The notes below the pieces were generated by a model that worked only from the letters and a program-made list of their open reading frames with translations, did not search any database and was not told where the DNA came from. A program made the translations under genes and the position numbers. From the NCBI GenBank assembly GCA_964358005.1, contig CAYHNH010000005.1, forward strand, positions 1-63,722: a DNA stretch of 63,722 bases, read 5' to 3'. Shown piece after piece: positions 45,885 through 57,207 of this stretch. The stretch is from an uncultured Candidatus Saccharibacteria bacterium (GTDB taxonomy: Bacteria > Patescibacteriota > Minisyncoccia > Phycocordibacterales > PALSA-1337). Each line of letters starts with the position of its first letter. Positions within the stretch are counted from its first letter, which is position 1.

Positions 45885-46777
45885 AGTAATTTTTTAAAGG
45901 CTGATTTAGCTTTCTGCATGAAGCTAGGCCGGCGCGACCTGAAGTAATCCACGATGACCGAGCGGGCTTCCCGGCTCTCTTCGACTGGGATGCCGCCGAC
46001 CCTGATCTCTCTGTTCTCGAGCGATTCGTACTTGTAGCTAGCAGCACCCTTGTGCGTGCCACTGGAGTCTTGTCCGATGTTGTCGACCAGCGATGTTCCG
46101 GGATATAGGGTCAGCATGTCGGCTAGGAAGGCCGAGGCATGCCAGCGTATGGCCCAGGAATCGGTGAGTCCAGCCACCTGCCTCTCTAGCATGTGTGAAT
46201 AGCCGAATGAACCGTCTAGGTCGAAGCTGTGGGTCAAGTTCCGTCTGTCGAGCTCGCGTAAGAGCTTGGTGCCATCCGCCTCGAATGCATCCCAAGCTCT
46301 CTTCCAGGTGGCCCAACCCCAGCAGTCTGCGCCTTGCAGGAAAAAAGTTTCAGGCAGGGGCTTCTTCACAGGATAGATGTAGCCGTGGATGCTGGCTACT
46401 CGGGCATCGTTCTCATATCCTCTCAGGCCATCATTCATGTACTTCAGAAAATAAGGCGATGTCACGAGGTCGTCTTCTAGGATTATGGCCTTGTCATATC
46501 TTTTTAGGACAGCGGTCACGCCATTTATGATCGAGCCGGATAAGCCGGCATTGGCGGTGCCCTCGGTGATCGTGACAGACCTGAATCCGCTGATCGTTCT
46601 CAGGTATTTCCTAACCTCCACAACTTGTTCTCTCGAGGAGTCATCTTTTGGCCCGTCTGAAAATATGATCAAGTCGCTTTCTCCAGCGAGGAGGTTTTTT
46701 TGCAGGGCTTCGATAGACTTGCGCGCATGATCGAGGCGCTTGTAGGCGAAGAAGACTATGGGTGCAAGGTCATTCAT
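45881..46777 (-). CDS. Putative GT-A fold glycosyltransferase
   Basis: IVFFAYKRLDHARKSIEALQ...IILEDDLV (DxD-like), reminiscent of GNT-I/GT2-like transferases. Confidence 0.6.
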   Translation of the reverse strand: MNDLAPIVFFAYKRLDHARKSIEALQKNLLAGESDLIIFSDGPKDDSSREQVVEVRKYLRTISGFRSVTITEGTANAGLSGSIINGVTAVLKRYDKAIILEDDLVTSPYFLKYMNDGLRGYENDARVASIHGYIYPVKKPLPETFFLQGADCWGWATWKRAWDAFEADGTKLLRELDRRNLTHSFDLDGSFGYSHMLERQVAGLTDSWAIRWHASAFLADMLTLYPGTSLVDNIGQDSSGTHKGAASYKYESLENREIRVGGIPVEESREARSVIVDYFRSRRPSFMQKAKSAFKKLL

Positions 46778-48531
46778 GGGTTCAGTATAGCTGTTCTCAG
46801 CTTATTTTGAAGGCTCGTCATGGGCGCATGGCCAACCTCCGGCTCGATTCCATACATGGCCTTGTAGAGCCTGCGTAGCTCTAAATGCAGACCCGCGTCC
46901 TCTGCCTTTTGGTCGGAGCCTCGTTCGAGTATGGCCTTTATGTCGACGAGAGTATCGCCTGAAGAACGGAGCATGTTTTCTAGAGCGCCCGTGTCGATAT
47001 CCATTTTGCGTTGAGTGCCACACTCGCGTACCAAGCCTTTCTTCTTGCGCATATCTTGCAGGAAGGATCTCATTTGTTTCGGGATGGGCAATATCTTATA
47101 GATCTTCCTTAATCTGCTTTGGCCAGCAAGCGGAACCGGCGCTGTCGTGCTTAAAACAGGATCTGTCTCTCCGGCTCTTTGTCCGTCACGAAATCTCACG
47201 ATGGTCTTGCAGTAATACAAAGAGAGCCAACGATAGGTTTTGCGTATGCGCTCATATCTCCATCCATCCGATAGCGCGGCATCTATCTGGGTAAAATAAT
47301 CCGCGCGGCTGGCGGCAAGGTAGTTGATGTCTGACGGATATAGGACCAATTCGCCAGAATATATAACGACAGGCAACCCGAGCAGGCTCATCTCTACTCC
47401 CACTGACGACCATGCATTCAAGAAAACATCAGTCTCCTGTGCCAGGTCATATAGCGAGAGATCGTCGTTCGGCCAGTTCACTCGCACGTTGGCTGGCAGA
47501 TCCCGCAATTTCGCCTCGAGGGTCTTTACATGCTCTGACTTCACTGGATCGCGTTTGTTCGGGAATTCTCGCGGATGGACTCGAATCACCAGGAAGAGCT
47601 CAGGCCTTTGACGCACCCATTCTATGAGCGCCGCTACCCACTCGGTTTGAGAAGCGAACAGAAGATCGCTTGGCAGCTTCCTGGCCCCGACGTATTGAGA
47701 AGCGAACATTTCGTCGTAACTGCTCATCGTCGCGGTGATGATCTTTTGACCGCTGCTTACGCCGAAAAATCTCCGGATATCCGTGTCCTTGGCTTTTGCA
47801 GACGAATAGACGAGAAAATGTTTGGCCGTGAGTAGGGTCAAGAAATGATCTGTCACATAGCTAAGGTCCGTCGCTGGCGAAGGCGTATCCTTTACGGCTG
47901 GCCAGATCTGTTTCAGCCGCTTGAAGTACTCCATCGTATTGGTCTTGGCGATGATGAGAGTATTGTCCATGTCCGAAAGGTTGAGTCCATGATGCAGGAA
48001 GTAGGCCGGTATACCCTTGAGATCGGCGTAGCGCTCCCAGACACGATTGACAGAATACAGGGCGTTATACATCAGTATGCTGTCAGGCCGCTCTTTTTCA
48101 AGGATCCTTCGGCAAGCAAAGAATGATTCTAGGGTGCTCCTCACGTCAGCAAGGCACTTTGCCCATTCTGTTTCGCTGAAGTCTAGGTTCATCTTCTTGC
48201 TATGCAACAGCGTCTCATAGAGCGCGATCCTGCCTATGGCCACACCATCTATGGTGAGCGATTCTATCTGTTTTCTGTCGGAGGTGGTGATAATGGAATT
48301 TATTTCTCTCATGTCTTCCGCTGTGAGAATCGCACCTATGTCGTAGCCAGGCAGATCGAATTGCTTGCGCAGAGTGCGTTCGTGCATGAGCCGAGATCTG
48401 TGGCCCAAATGATAGCCTGGTGTGATGAAAAGGATTTCGTGGCCCTTTTTCTTGAGCTCATAGGCTATCGCAGCTTCAGCAAAAGCAAAATGCCATACTG
48501 AAGGGTAGGAGCAAAAGGATATTATCTTCAT
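46774..48531 (-). CDS. Large GT-B-like/capsule-biosynthesis-like protein (function unknown)
   Basis: LFLVIRVHPREFPN...FLNAWSSVGVEMSLLGLPVVI resembles the C-terminal half of KpsS/KpsC-type or other GT-B enzymes. Weak assignment. Confidence 0.45.
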   Translation of the reverse strand: MKIISFCSYPSVWHFAFAEAAIAYELKKKGHEILFITPGYHLGHRSRLMHERTLRKQFDLPGYDIGAILTAEDMREINSIITTSDRKQIESLTIDGVAIGRIALYETLLHSKKMNLDFSETEWAKCLADVRSTLESFFACRRILEKERPDSILMYNALYSVNRVWERYADLKGIPAYFLHHGLNLSDMDNTLIIAKTNTMEYFKRLKQIWPAVKDTPSPATDLSYVTDHFLTLLTAKHFLVYSSAKAKDTDIRRFFGVSSGQKIITATMSSYDEMFASQYVGARKLPSDLLFASQTEWVAALIEWVRQRPELFLVIRVHPREFPNKRDPVKSEHVKTLEAKLRDLPANVRVNWPNDDLSLYDLAQETDVFLNAWSSVGVEMSLLGLPVVIYSGELVLYPSDINYLAASRADYFTQIDAALSDGWRYERIRKTYRWLSLYYCKTIVRFRDGQRAGETDPVLSTTAPVPLAGQSRLRKIYKILPIPKQMRSFLQDMRKKKGLVRECGTQRKMDIDTGALENMLRSSGDTLVDIKAILERGSDQKAEDAGLHLELRRLYKAMYGIEPEVGHAPMTSLQNKLRTAILNP

Positions 48532-48597
48532 ATAATGCCGGAAATGATAGCATGTTTTGTCATTGTTAAACCCCCTCCGATATGATATATATCGTTC

Positions 48598-49575
48598 ATG
48601 TATAACGGCAAAACTATCCTAATAACGGGCGGAACTGGCTCATTCGGTCAAAATTTTGTCAAATTCCTGCTCCGGAATTTCAAACCAAAGAAGATAATCA
48701 TATTCAGCAGGGATGAACTGAAGCAGTTCAGGATGCAACAGGAACTTTCGGAGCATAAGACACCGATCCGCTTTTTCCTGGGCGATGTGCGCGATCTAGC
48801 CAGGCTTCGGTTGGCCTTTCAGGATGTAGATATAGTGGTCCATGCGGCCGCCCTGAAACAGGTTCCGGCTCTCGAATACAATCCCTTCGAAGCGATCCAG
48901 ACTAACGTCCTCGGTACGCAGAATGTGCTCATGGCGGCGCTCGAGCGGAAAGTCGCCAAGACGCTCCTCATATCTACCGACAAGGCTGCGGCGCCGGTCA
49001 ATCTCTATGGTGCCACGAAGATGTGCGCCGAAAAGATCATGGTCTCCGGCAATGTCTATGCGAAAGATCATGATGCCAGCTTCAGCGCAGTCCGCTATGG
49101 CAACGTTATCGGCAGCAGGGGAAGCATAGTCGAGACCATACTGAACAAGACAGACGACAGCCCTCTCACCATCACTGATCCCGACATGACCCGGTTCTGG
49201 ATAACTCTCGACCAATGCTTCGATCTAGTCACATATGCGCTTGAGAATATGATCGGCGGCGAGATCTTCATACCGAAGGTCCCTTCGATGAGGATCCCCG
49301 ACCTATTCAAGGCTCTGGCTCCCGATAGGCCAGTCAAAGTCGTCGGCATACGTCCGGGCGAGAAGGTGCACGAGATCCTCATGACCAGCGAGGAGGCGTC
49401 GAGAGCATATGACCTCGGAGACTATTATGCTGTTATCCCGCATCTGCTCGACAACGCCCTCAGGAAGAAATATTCCTCAAAGAAGCCGCTCGGCCGCAAG
49501 TTCATCTATTCCAGCGATTCAAATAAAAAATGGCTAACCCAAAAAGAAATAAAAAAGCTGTCAGCCCTGCACTAG
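48598..49575 (+). CDS. pseB: UDP-N-acetylglucosamine 4,6-dehydratase (inverting), PseB-like
   Basis: ILITGGTGSFG...IIFSRDELKQ...YGATKMCAEK, typical of PseB/FlaA1. Confidence 0.9.
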   Translation: MYNGKTILITGGTGSFGQNFVKFLLRNFKPKKIIIFSRDELKQFRMQQELSEHKTPIRFFLGDVRDLARLRLAFQDVDIVVHAAALKQVPALEYNPFEAIQTNVLGTQNVLMAALERKVAKTLLISTDKAAAPVNLYGATKMCAEKIMVSGNVYAKDHDASFSAVRYGNVIGSRGSIVETILNKTDDSPLTITDPDMTRFWITLDQCFDLVTYALENMIGGEIFIPKVPSMRIPDLFKALAPDRPVKVVGIRPGEKVHEILMTSEEASRAYDLGDYYAVIPHLLDNALRKKYSSKKPLGRKFIYSSDSNKKWLTQKEIKKLSALH

Positions 49576-50675
49576 CATCGTACGGATGCCAGAACATCGA
49601 CGGCTCGGACGAGAGCGCTGTTCTGCTCGCTTTAAGATCTGACCGGCTCACACAGGGGCCTAGAGTCGAAGAATTCGAAAAGAAGCTGGCAAGCTATTGC
49701 GGCGCTCGGCATGCAGTGGCTGTGAATAGCGGTACGGCTGCGCTCCACATCGCGTATCTGGCTGCCGGGATAGGCCGAGGCGATGAAGTCATAACGACTC
49801 CGAACACTTTCGTGGCGACATCGAACATGGCTTTGGCCGTAGGGGCCAAGCCTGTCTTTTGCGATATCAGACTAGATACTTTCAATATAAATGAAAAGAG
49901 CTTAGAGGCGCTCATCACCAAGAAGACCAAGGCGATTGTGCCGGTGGATTTTGCGGGACGGCCTTGCGACATGGACGCCATAATGAAGACGGCAAGCAGG
50001 CATGGCCTGACAGTGATCGAGGATGCCTGTCATTCTTTGGGGGCCTCCTATGGAGGGCGCAAAGTTGGGTCGCTCGCTCACATGACGGCGTTCAGCTTCC
50101 ATCCTGTGAAGCACATCACGACTGGAGAGGGCGGCGCTGTGCTCACTGACGATGACGGATTGTATGAAAAGCTCAAACGCTTCCGATCGCATGGCATCGT
50201 AAAGGATAAAGACGGCTTTAACAGCATGATCGACCTTGGCTTCAATTACAGATTGCCCGATCTCAATGCCGCCCTGGGGACAAGCCAGCTGGGCCGCCTG
50301 GATCTTTTCGTAAAAAAGAGGCGTATGCTAGTAGAGGTATATCTCAAGCATCTGAAAGGTCTCGAGGAGATCATCCTGCCGGCTGGACCAGTCCCATCTT
50401 CATCGTGGCATCTATTCGTCATCCGCCTAGTGGATCCGGGGCAGCGCGCCACGCTCGCTGCCCATCTAAAAACGGCCGGTATCGCTAGCATGATCCACTA
50501 TCCAGCCGTATACTCGCACCCATATTATAGACAGCACGGGTACGAAGGCCTGTTCCTCCCAAATGAGGAGGCCTATCAATCTTCCTGCCTGACCCTGCCG
50601 CTCCATCCGCAGATGACCGCGAGCGACGCGTCATATGCATCGTCGGTGATAAGAGAATTTTTCGAAAATGACTGA
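49530..50675 (+). CDS. pseC: UDP-4-amino-4,6-dideoxy-N-acetyl-beta-L-altrosamine transaminase, PseC-like
   Basis: YGCQNIDGSDESAVLLALRSDRLTQGPRVEEFE and FHPVKHITTGEGG. The 46-nt overlap with pseB leaves the start uncertain. Confidence 0.85.
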   Translation: MANPKRNKKAVSPALASYGCQNIDGSDESAVLLALRSDRLTQGPRVEEFEKKLASYCGARHAVAVNSGTAALHIAYLAAGIGRGDEVITTPNTFVATSNMALAVGAKPVFCDIRLDTFNINEKSLEALITKKTKAIVPVDFAGRPCDMDAIMKTASRHGLTVIEDACHSLGASYGGRKVGSLAHMTAFSFHPVKHITTGEGGAVLTDDDGLYEKLKRFRSHGIVKDKDGFNSMIDLGFNYRLPDLNAALGTSQLGRLDLFVKKRRMLVEVYLKHLKGLEEIILPAGPVPSSSWHLFVIRLVDPGQRATLAAHLKTAGIASMIHYPAVYSHPYYRQHGYEGLFLPNEEAYQSSCLTLPLHPQMTASDASYASSVIREFFEND

Positions 50676-51723
50676 CAAATTCAAAATCGGGAATAGGATC
50701 ATCGGGAAAGACAGTCCCGTTTTCATAATAGCTGAGATGTCCGGCAATCATAATCACGACTACGCGCGGGCTGTGAAGATAGTCGATGCGGCTGCCGAGG
50801 CCGGCGCCGATGCGATCAAGCTACAGACGTATACACCGGATACCATGACCATAGACAGCGATGAGGACTGGTTCAAGGTCAAGACGGACAATCTTTGGCG
50901 TGGCAAGACGCTTTATGACCTATATCGTTGGGCCAGCACTCCCTGGGAATGGCACTCCAAGCTCAAAAAGTATGCCGAGAAAAAGGGCCTGATATTCTTT
51001 TCCACTCCATTCGATGAGACTGCGGTAGATTTTCTGGAGGACCTCGGAGTCGGCTTGTACAAGGTGGCGTCCTTCGAGCTGACCGATGTGGCATTGCTCA
51101 AAAAGATCGCCAAGACCAGGAAGCCGATCATCATTTCGAGGGGCCTGGCCTCGCGCGAGGAAATCGGTCTGGCAGTCAGGACCCTGAAGTCTGGCGGCGC
51201 ACCGTCGGTAGCGGTGCTGCATTGTGTGAGCTCATACCCGGCAACTGCAGAACAGATGAATCTGGCCACGATCCCAGACCTGGCAAAGAGATTCAAGGTG
51301 ATACCAGGCCTGTCGGATCATTCGCTCGGTACGATCTCGTCGGTATCCGGTGTCGCGCTCGGCGCTAAGATCATCGAGAAGCATCTCACTCTCAAGCGAT
51401 CCGAAGGAGGCCCTGACGCGGAATTCTCGCTCGAGCCTGCCGAATTCAAGGAGCTGGTAGGCTCTATCCGTCAGGTAGAAAAGGCCATAGGTCGCCCGAA
51501 TTATGAGCTGACCCCGCGAGAGAAGCAGAATATAGTCTTTCGCCGTTCGCTGTTCGTCGTTGAGGACATAAAAAAGGGCCAGGCTTTTTCGGCAAAGAAC
51601 ATCCGTTGCATAAGACCAGGCTACGGGCTGGCGCCCAAGCATCTCGCCCGCGTCATCGGACAGCATTCTAAGTCTGTCATCAAGCGTGGCACCCCCTTAT
51701 CATGGAAGCATGTCGCCAAATAG
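50668..51723 (+). CDS. pseI: Pseudaminic acid synthase / NeuB family
   Basis: FIIAEMSGNHNHD...DAIKLQTY...SDHS... with a C-terminal SAF-like domain. Confidence 0.88.
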   Translation: MTDKFKIGNRIIGKDSPVFIIAEMSGNHNHDYARAVKIVDAAAEAGADAIKLQTYTPDTMTIDSDEDWFKVKTDNLWRGKTLYDLYRWASTPWEWHSKLKKYAEKKGLIFFSTPFDETAVDFLEDLGVGLYKVASFELTDVALLKKIAKTRKPIIISRGLASREEIGLAVRTLKSGGAPSVAVLHCVSSYPATAEQMNLATIPDLAKRFKVIPGLSDHSLGTISSVSGVALGAKIIEKHLTLKRSEGGPDAEFSLEPAEFKELVGSIRQVEKAIGRPNYELTPREKQNIVFRRSLFVVEDIKKGQAFSAKNIRCIRPGYGLAPKHLARVIGQHSKSVIKRGTPLSWKHVAK

Positions 51724-51724
51724 C

Positions 51725-52378
51725 ATGAAAAAAAAGCTCAACATAACCATATTGGCAGACAATCCCGGAAGCTGGGTCATCCCGTATGCGAAGTCGCTTA
51801 TCTCGACGCTGATGAAGGAAGGTCACACGGCCGTCCTCATCCATGACGCAAGAAAGGTCAGGAAGGGCGATCTAGCCTTTTTCTTGAGCTGCGAGAAGAT
51901 CATTCCCCAGGAAATCAGGCAGAGGAATACTCATAATCTAGTAGTACATGAGAGCGCTTTACCCAAAGGCAAGGGCTGGTCGCCGCTTACTTGGCAGATC
52001 TTGGAAGGGAAGAATCGCGTGCCGATCACGCTTTTCGAAGCCGAGGACTCGGTGGATAGCGGGGATATATATCTAAAGGGCGAGATGATCTTCCGTGGAG
52101 ATGAGCTCATAGATGAAATGCGCGCAATCCAAGGACAGAAGACTATTGAGATGATAATGGGATTCGTGAGACGATATCCGGGCATAAAAGGCACGAAACA
52201 GAAGGGTAAAGAGTCTTTTTATCCGCGACGGCGACCGGCGGATAGCGCTCTGGATACCAACAAACCATTGAAGGATCTATTCAATCAGCTCCGAGTCGCC
52301 GACAATGAGAGGTATCCGGTTTTTTTCATCCACAAAGGCAAGAGATATGTATTGAAGGTCTCAAAGCGGGCGACCTAG
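51725..52378 (+). CDS. Formyltransferase-fold protein (sugar N-formyltransferase candidate)
   Basis: HESALPKGKGWSPLTWQILEG parallels the HxSLLPxxRG motif of Fmt/PurN-type enzymes. The ATG at 51725 follows the pseI stop. Confidence 0.72.
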   Translation: MKKKLNITILADNPGSWVIPYAKSLISTLMKEGHTAVLIHDARKVRKGDLAFFLSCEKIIPQEIRQRNTHNLVVHESALPKGKGWSPLTWQILEGKNRVPITLFEAEDSVDSGDIYLKGEMIFRGDELIDEMRAIQGQKTIEMIMGFVRRYPGIKGTKQKGKESFYPRRRPADSALDTNKPLKDLFNQLRVADNERYPVFFIHKGKRYVLKVSKRAT

Positions 52379-52912
52379 GATGTCTCCCTTGGTCGAATAT
52401 CGGATTATCTTGTCTATCTCTTCCATCACTTTTAGAAAAAGATTGCACGAGGGATCCTCTGGTGCTCCCAGCACCGAATAGGCGACTGAAGGGTCCAGGA
52501 CCTTTCCGGCCGTCCTTCTTACGCGCGGCACGTAGCATACATTAGTCACGAATACTGCCTTATCAAAGCCTTTTGTCAGGGGGTCTTCCATGAAAACTTC
52601 GAACTGAGTCTTGGTATTGGCTATCCCAAATCCTCCGCAGTCCTGGAAGGACGATATCTCACTCGGTATGCCAGCCTCTTTCATCATGAGCATGGCGGCC
52701 TGTCTCTCCTCGGTCACCCCGCTAAAGATGACCGGGATGGGCGCGCCGGTCTTTTCGAGCAGGTTGGCAGCTAACTTGACGCGCGACAAGCTCTCGCCTT
52801 TCATCGGCGGCCTGTCCCCGGCTAGTATGATGAGGGCAGAGGCATCGGCGGGGAGACTGTCGACAGGTCCTTTGTATAGCCTCGAGAATTCTTCTAGGAG
52901 TTCGTTCAGCAC
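52361..52912 (-). CDS. DUF218/YdcF-like protein
   Basis: LIILAGDRP...VIFSG...NTKTQF pattern. Convergent 18-nt overlap with the upstream gene. Confidence 0.65.
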   Translation of the reverse strand: MLNELLEEFSRLYKGPVDSLPADASALIILAGDRPPMKGESLSRVKLAANLLEKTGAPIPVIFSGVTEERQAAMLMMKEAGIPSEISSFQDCGGFGIANTKTQFEVFMEDPLTKGFDKAVFVTNVCYVPRVRRTAGKVLDPSVAYSVLGAPEDPSCNLFLKVMEEIDKIIRYSTKGDILGRPL

Positions 52913-52992
52913 GTCTATACTTTATTGAACATTTGACAATATGTCAAGTTGATATAACCTATCACATATAATACTGTTCAGCAGAGATAAAG

Positions 52993-53670
52993 ATGAAAAC
53001 CAACTACATAATAGCGGCGATAAGGCCGTGGAATGAAGAGCTTTTCAAGGAGTTTTTTGGCAGGAAGCACAATTTCCATCTCATAAGCCGTCGGGAAGAT
53101 CTGACCATCGAGCGCGTAAGAAAGATCGCTCCACGATACATATTCTTCCCGCACTGGTCATGGATCATCCCGGAGGAGATATGGTCCGAATATGAGTGCG
53201 TGGTGTTCCATATGACTGACCTCCCATACGGGAGGGGCGGCAGCCCGCTCCAGAACCTGATCTCTCGAGGCCACAAAAAGACCAAGATGAGCGCCCTCAG
53301 AGTGGACGGCGGCTTGGACACGGGCCCGATCTATCTCAAACGGGCATTCTCCCTGAAAGGCGATGCTGAGGCTATATACCGGAGGGCATCGAGGATGGTC
53401 TTCAAGGATATGATCCCCCGTATCGTGAGCCGCAATCCACAGCCTAGAGCCCAAGCCGGAAAAGTTGTATCATTCAGTAGGCGGACGCCGGCGGACTCCA
53501 GGGTCACCGACGAGATGTCTCTCGAGGAGATCTACGATCTTGTCCGCATGCTCGACGCGCCGGGATACCCGAAGGCCTTCATCGAAGGGAAGGGGTGGCG
53601 CATGGAGCTCACCAAGGCTAAACGGTCGAAGAGCGGTCTGTCCCTGTCCGCTTCGATACAAAAAATATGA
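52993..53670 (+). CDS. Formyltransferase-fold protein (second copy, diverged)
   Basis: FHMTDLPYGRGGSPLQNLISRG and DGGLDTGPIY resemble the formyl_trans_N core. Confidence 0.68.
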   Translation: MKTNYIIAAIRPWNEELFKEFFGRKHNFHLISRREDLTIERVRKIAPRYIFFPHWSWIIPEEIWSEYECVVFHMTDLPYGRGGSPLQNLISRGHKKTKMSALRVDGGLDTGPIYLKRAFSLKGDAEAIYRRASRMVFKDMIPRIVSRNPQPRAQAGKVVSFSRRTPADSRVTDEMSLEEIYDLVRMLDAPGYPKAFIEGKGWRMELTKAKRSKSGLSLSASIQKI

Positions 53671-54353
53671 TTTCAGGCGCAAAAAAAATACTGGTCGTGG
53701 CTGCTCATCCTGATGATGAGGCTCTGGGCGCCGGCGGCACAATATTGAAGCATGTGGCGGAGAACGACCAGGTCTCCGTCCTTATTTTAAGTGACGGGGA
53801 ATTGTCTCGCGGCACCGGCACGTCGGCTGATGTGGAGAAGAGAAGGACCAATGCTAAGGCTGCCGCCAAACTGCTCGGCGCGAGAGACCTCTTCCTGGAA
53901 AAGCTTCCCGACAATGCGTTTGACTCTGTGCCTCTGCTCTCGATAGCCAAGATCGTCGAGACATATGTCAGCAAGATCAAGCCTGACATCATCTATACGC
54001 ATCATGGGGGTGACCTAAACGTAGATCACCGTCTGGCGTTTCAAGCTGTCATCACTGCCTGCAGGCCGCAGCCTGGCTTTTTCGTAAAGAAAATCCTGTC
54101 GTTCGAGGTACCCTCATCCACAGAATGGAATGCTGGCAACGCTCACAAGCTGTTTGCCCCAAATTTTTACAATGACATAGGCAAGACTATAGACGTCAAG
54201 ATTGAGGCCCTGCAGCCTTATAAAGACGAAATGAGAGCGTATCCTCACCCGCGTTCATTTGATGGTGTGAGGCTCCTGGCCAAATACCGCGGCATGACCG
54301 TGGGCTATGAATACGCGGAGGCGTTCGAGATAGTAAGAGAATTAAATGACTAG
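53667..54353 (+). CDS. PIG-L/LmbE family de-N-acetylase
   Basis: VVAAHPDDEALGAGGT...HHGGDLNVDH motifs. Confidence 0.85.
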   Translation: MISGAKKILVVAAHPDDEALGAGGTILKHVAENDQVSVLILSDGELSRGTGTSADVEKRRTNAKAAAKLLGARDLFLEKLPDNAFDSVPLLSIAKIVETYVSKIKPDIIYTHHGGDLNVDHRLAFQAVITACRPQPGFFVKKILSFEVPSSTEWNAGNAHKLFAPNFYNDIGKTIDVKIEALQPYKDEMRAYPHPRSFDGVRLLAKYRGMTVGYEYAEAFEIVRELND

Positions 54354-55044
54354 CGCACTGGCTGTCGTCACTGCCCGCGGTGGCAGTAAGAGGATACCTA
54401 GGAAGAATGTAAAAAGCTTTCTTGGTCAGCCGATCATAAAATATGCCATAGATGCGGCGAAGGATAGCGGCATATTCGACGAAGTGATGATATCCACTGA
54501 TGATCAGGAGATAGCGGAGATAGGCAAGTCTTTGGGAGCCGCGGTGCCATTCATGCGCTCGCCGGCTAATTCTAACGACACAGCGTCGACGGCCCCCGTC
54601 ATCCTCGAGGTGCTGGGTGAGTACAAGAAGCTGGGCCGCGAGTTCGACTATGTGTGTTGCATATATCCCACGGCAGTCTTTGTCACGGGCGATCGTTTGC
54701 GCCTGGCAAAAGGGATCATGGAGGAGAAAGCGGCTGATACCGTTTTCACTGCCGCCAGGTTCGGCCATCCGATACAGAGGGCCATAAGGCTGAGAGATGA
54801 TGGCAGTGCGGCCATGATCTCGCCAGAGATGGAGAAAGTCCGTTCACAGGATCTCGAGCCCTCATATCACGATTGCGGACAGTTCTACTTCCTGCGAGTG
54901 GACAGATTTATCGAGCAAAAGAAGCTCTTTCAGGAGCGCACTTTCATCATGGAGGTGCCGGAATCTGAGATCCAGGACATAGACAACGAGGAAGATTGGA
55001 AAATGGCAGAAGCGAAGTTCAGCTATCTGCTAAACGAGAGGAAG

Positions 55045-55050
<6 letters not shown>
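54346..55050 (+). CDS. pseF: CMP-nonulosonic acid synthetase (PseF/NeuA-type cytidylyltransferase)
   Basis: VVTARGGSKRIPRKN...ISTDD. Confidence 0.8.
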
Positions 55051-56325
<1,275 letters not shown>

Positions 56326-56340
56326 TCTATTATATTATGT

Positions 56341-57165
56341 CTATATGATGTCGGCGAAATATCTTTCCGTCTTTTTGAAATAGGTCAGGCCTATGACTAG
56401 AAGGACTACGCCAGCGATGAACGACGCCAGGATGAGGGCCCAGTTCACTGGTGTAGTGCCGAGCAGGGCGGCGCGGGCGCTCTGGATGACTCCCATCATG
56501 GGATTGAGGGCTAGGAATTTCGAATAGGCGCCAGCGATGGAGGCTGGGTATATCACAGGAGTGACGAACAGGAGGAGCTGGATGAAGAATGGCAGGGCAT
56601 AGCGGACGTCGCGGTATTTTATGTTGACCGCAGACAGCAAGAGGCCGAGGCCTATGGCCGACATGAAGGTGAGTATGAGTAGGAGCGGCAGGATGAGGAG
56701 GCCGCCGAGGTTCGGAGTATAGCCGTAGTAGATCATCATACAGATAAGGATAACGGCGGCGATGAGGAAGTCTATGAATTTGGTGAGCACTGTGGAGATG
56801 GGGAGGAGCAGGCGCGGGAAGTAGACCTTGGAGACGATGGCTTTGTTGGCGAGGAGGGAATTGCTGGTCTCACCGAGAGCGTCAGAGAAGAACTGCCAGA
56901 ATAGGAGGCCTGTATAGACGAAGATGGGATATGGGACGCCGTCTGAAGGGACACCTACGAGGGTGCCGAAGAAGAATGAGAAGACCACCATCGTGATGAA
57001 TGGTTGGAGCACTGACCACAGAACGCCGATAGCGGTCTGCTTGTAGCGGACTTTGAGGTCCCTCCAGGATAGGAAGTACAGCAGTTCGCGGTAATTCCAG
57101 AGCTCTCGCAGGTCGGAAAGGTGGAATAACCGCTTCGGGCGTATTACGGTTACGGCCGTAGACAT
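56341..57165 (-). CDS. ABC-2 type polysaccharide export permease (Wzm/TagG-like)
   Basis: LRELWNYRELLYFLSWRDLKVRYKQT plus 6 TMs. Confidence 0.88.
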   Translation of the reverse strand: MSTAVTVIRPKRLFHLSDLRELWNYRELLYFLSWRDLKVRYKQTAIGVLWSVLQPFITMVVFSFFFGTLVGVPSDGVPYPIFVYTGLLFWQFFSDALGETSNSLLANKAIVSKVYFPRLLLPISTVLTKFIDFLIAAVILICMMIYYGYTPNLGGLLILPLLLILTFMSAIGLGLLLSAVNIKYRDVRYALPFFIQLLLFVTPVIYPASIAGAYSKFLALNPMMGVIQSARAALLGTTPVNWALILASFIAGVVLLVIGLTYFKKTERYFADII

Positions 57166-57207
57166 GGCGTATATCCTAGCATTTTAGAGCTTTTTTCACC
57201 ACTTTTA

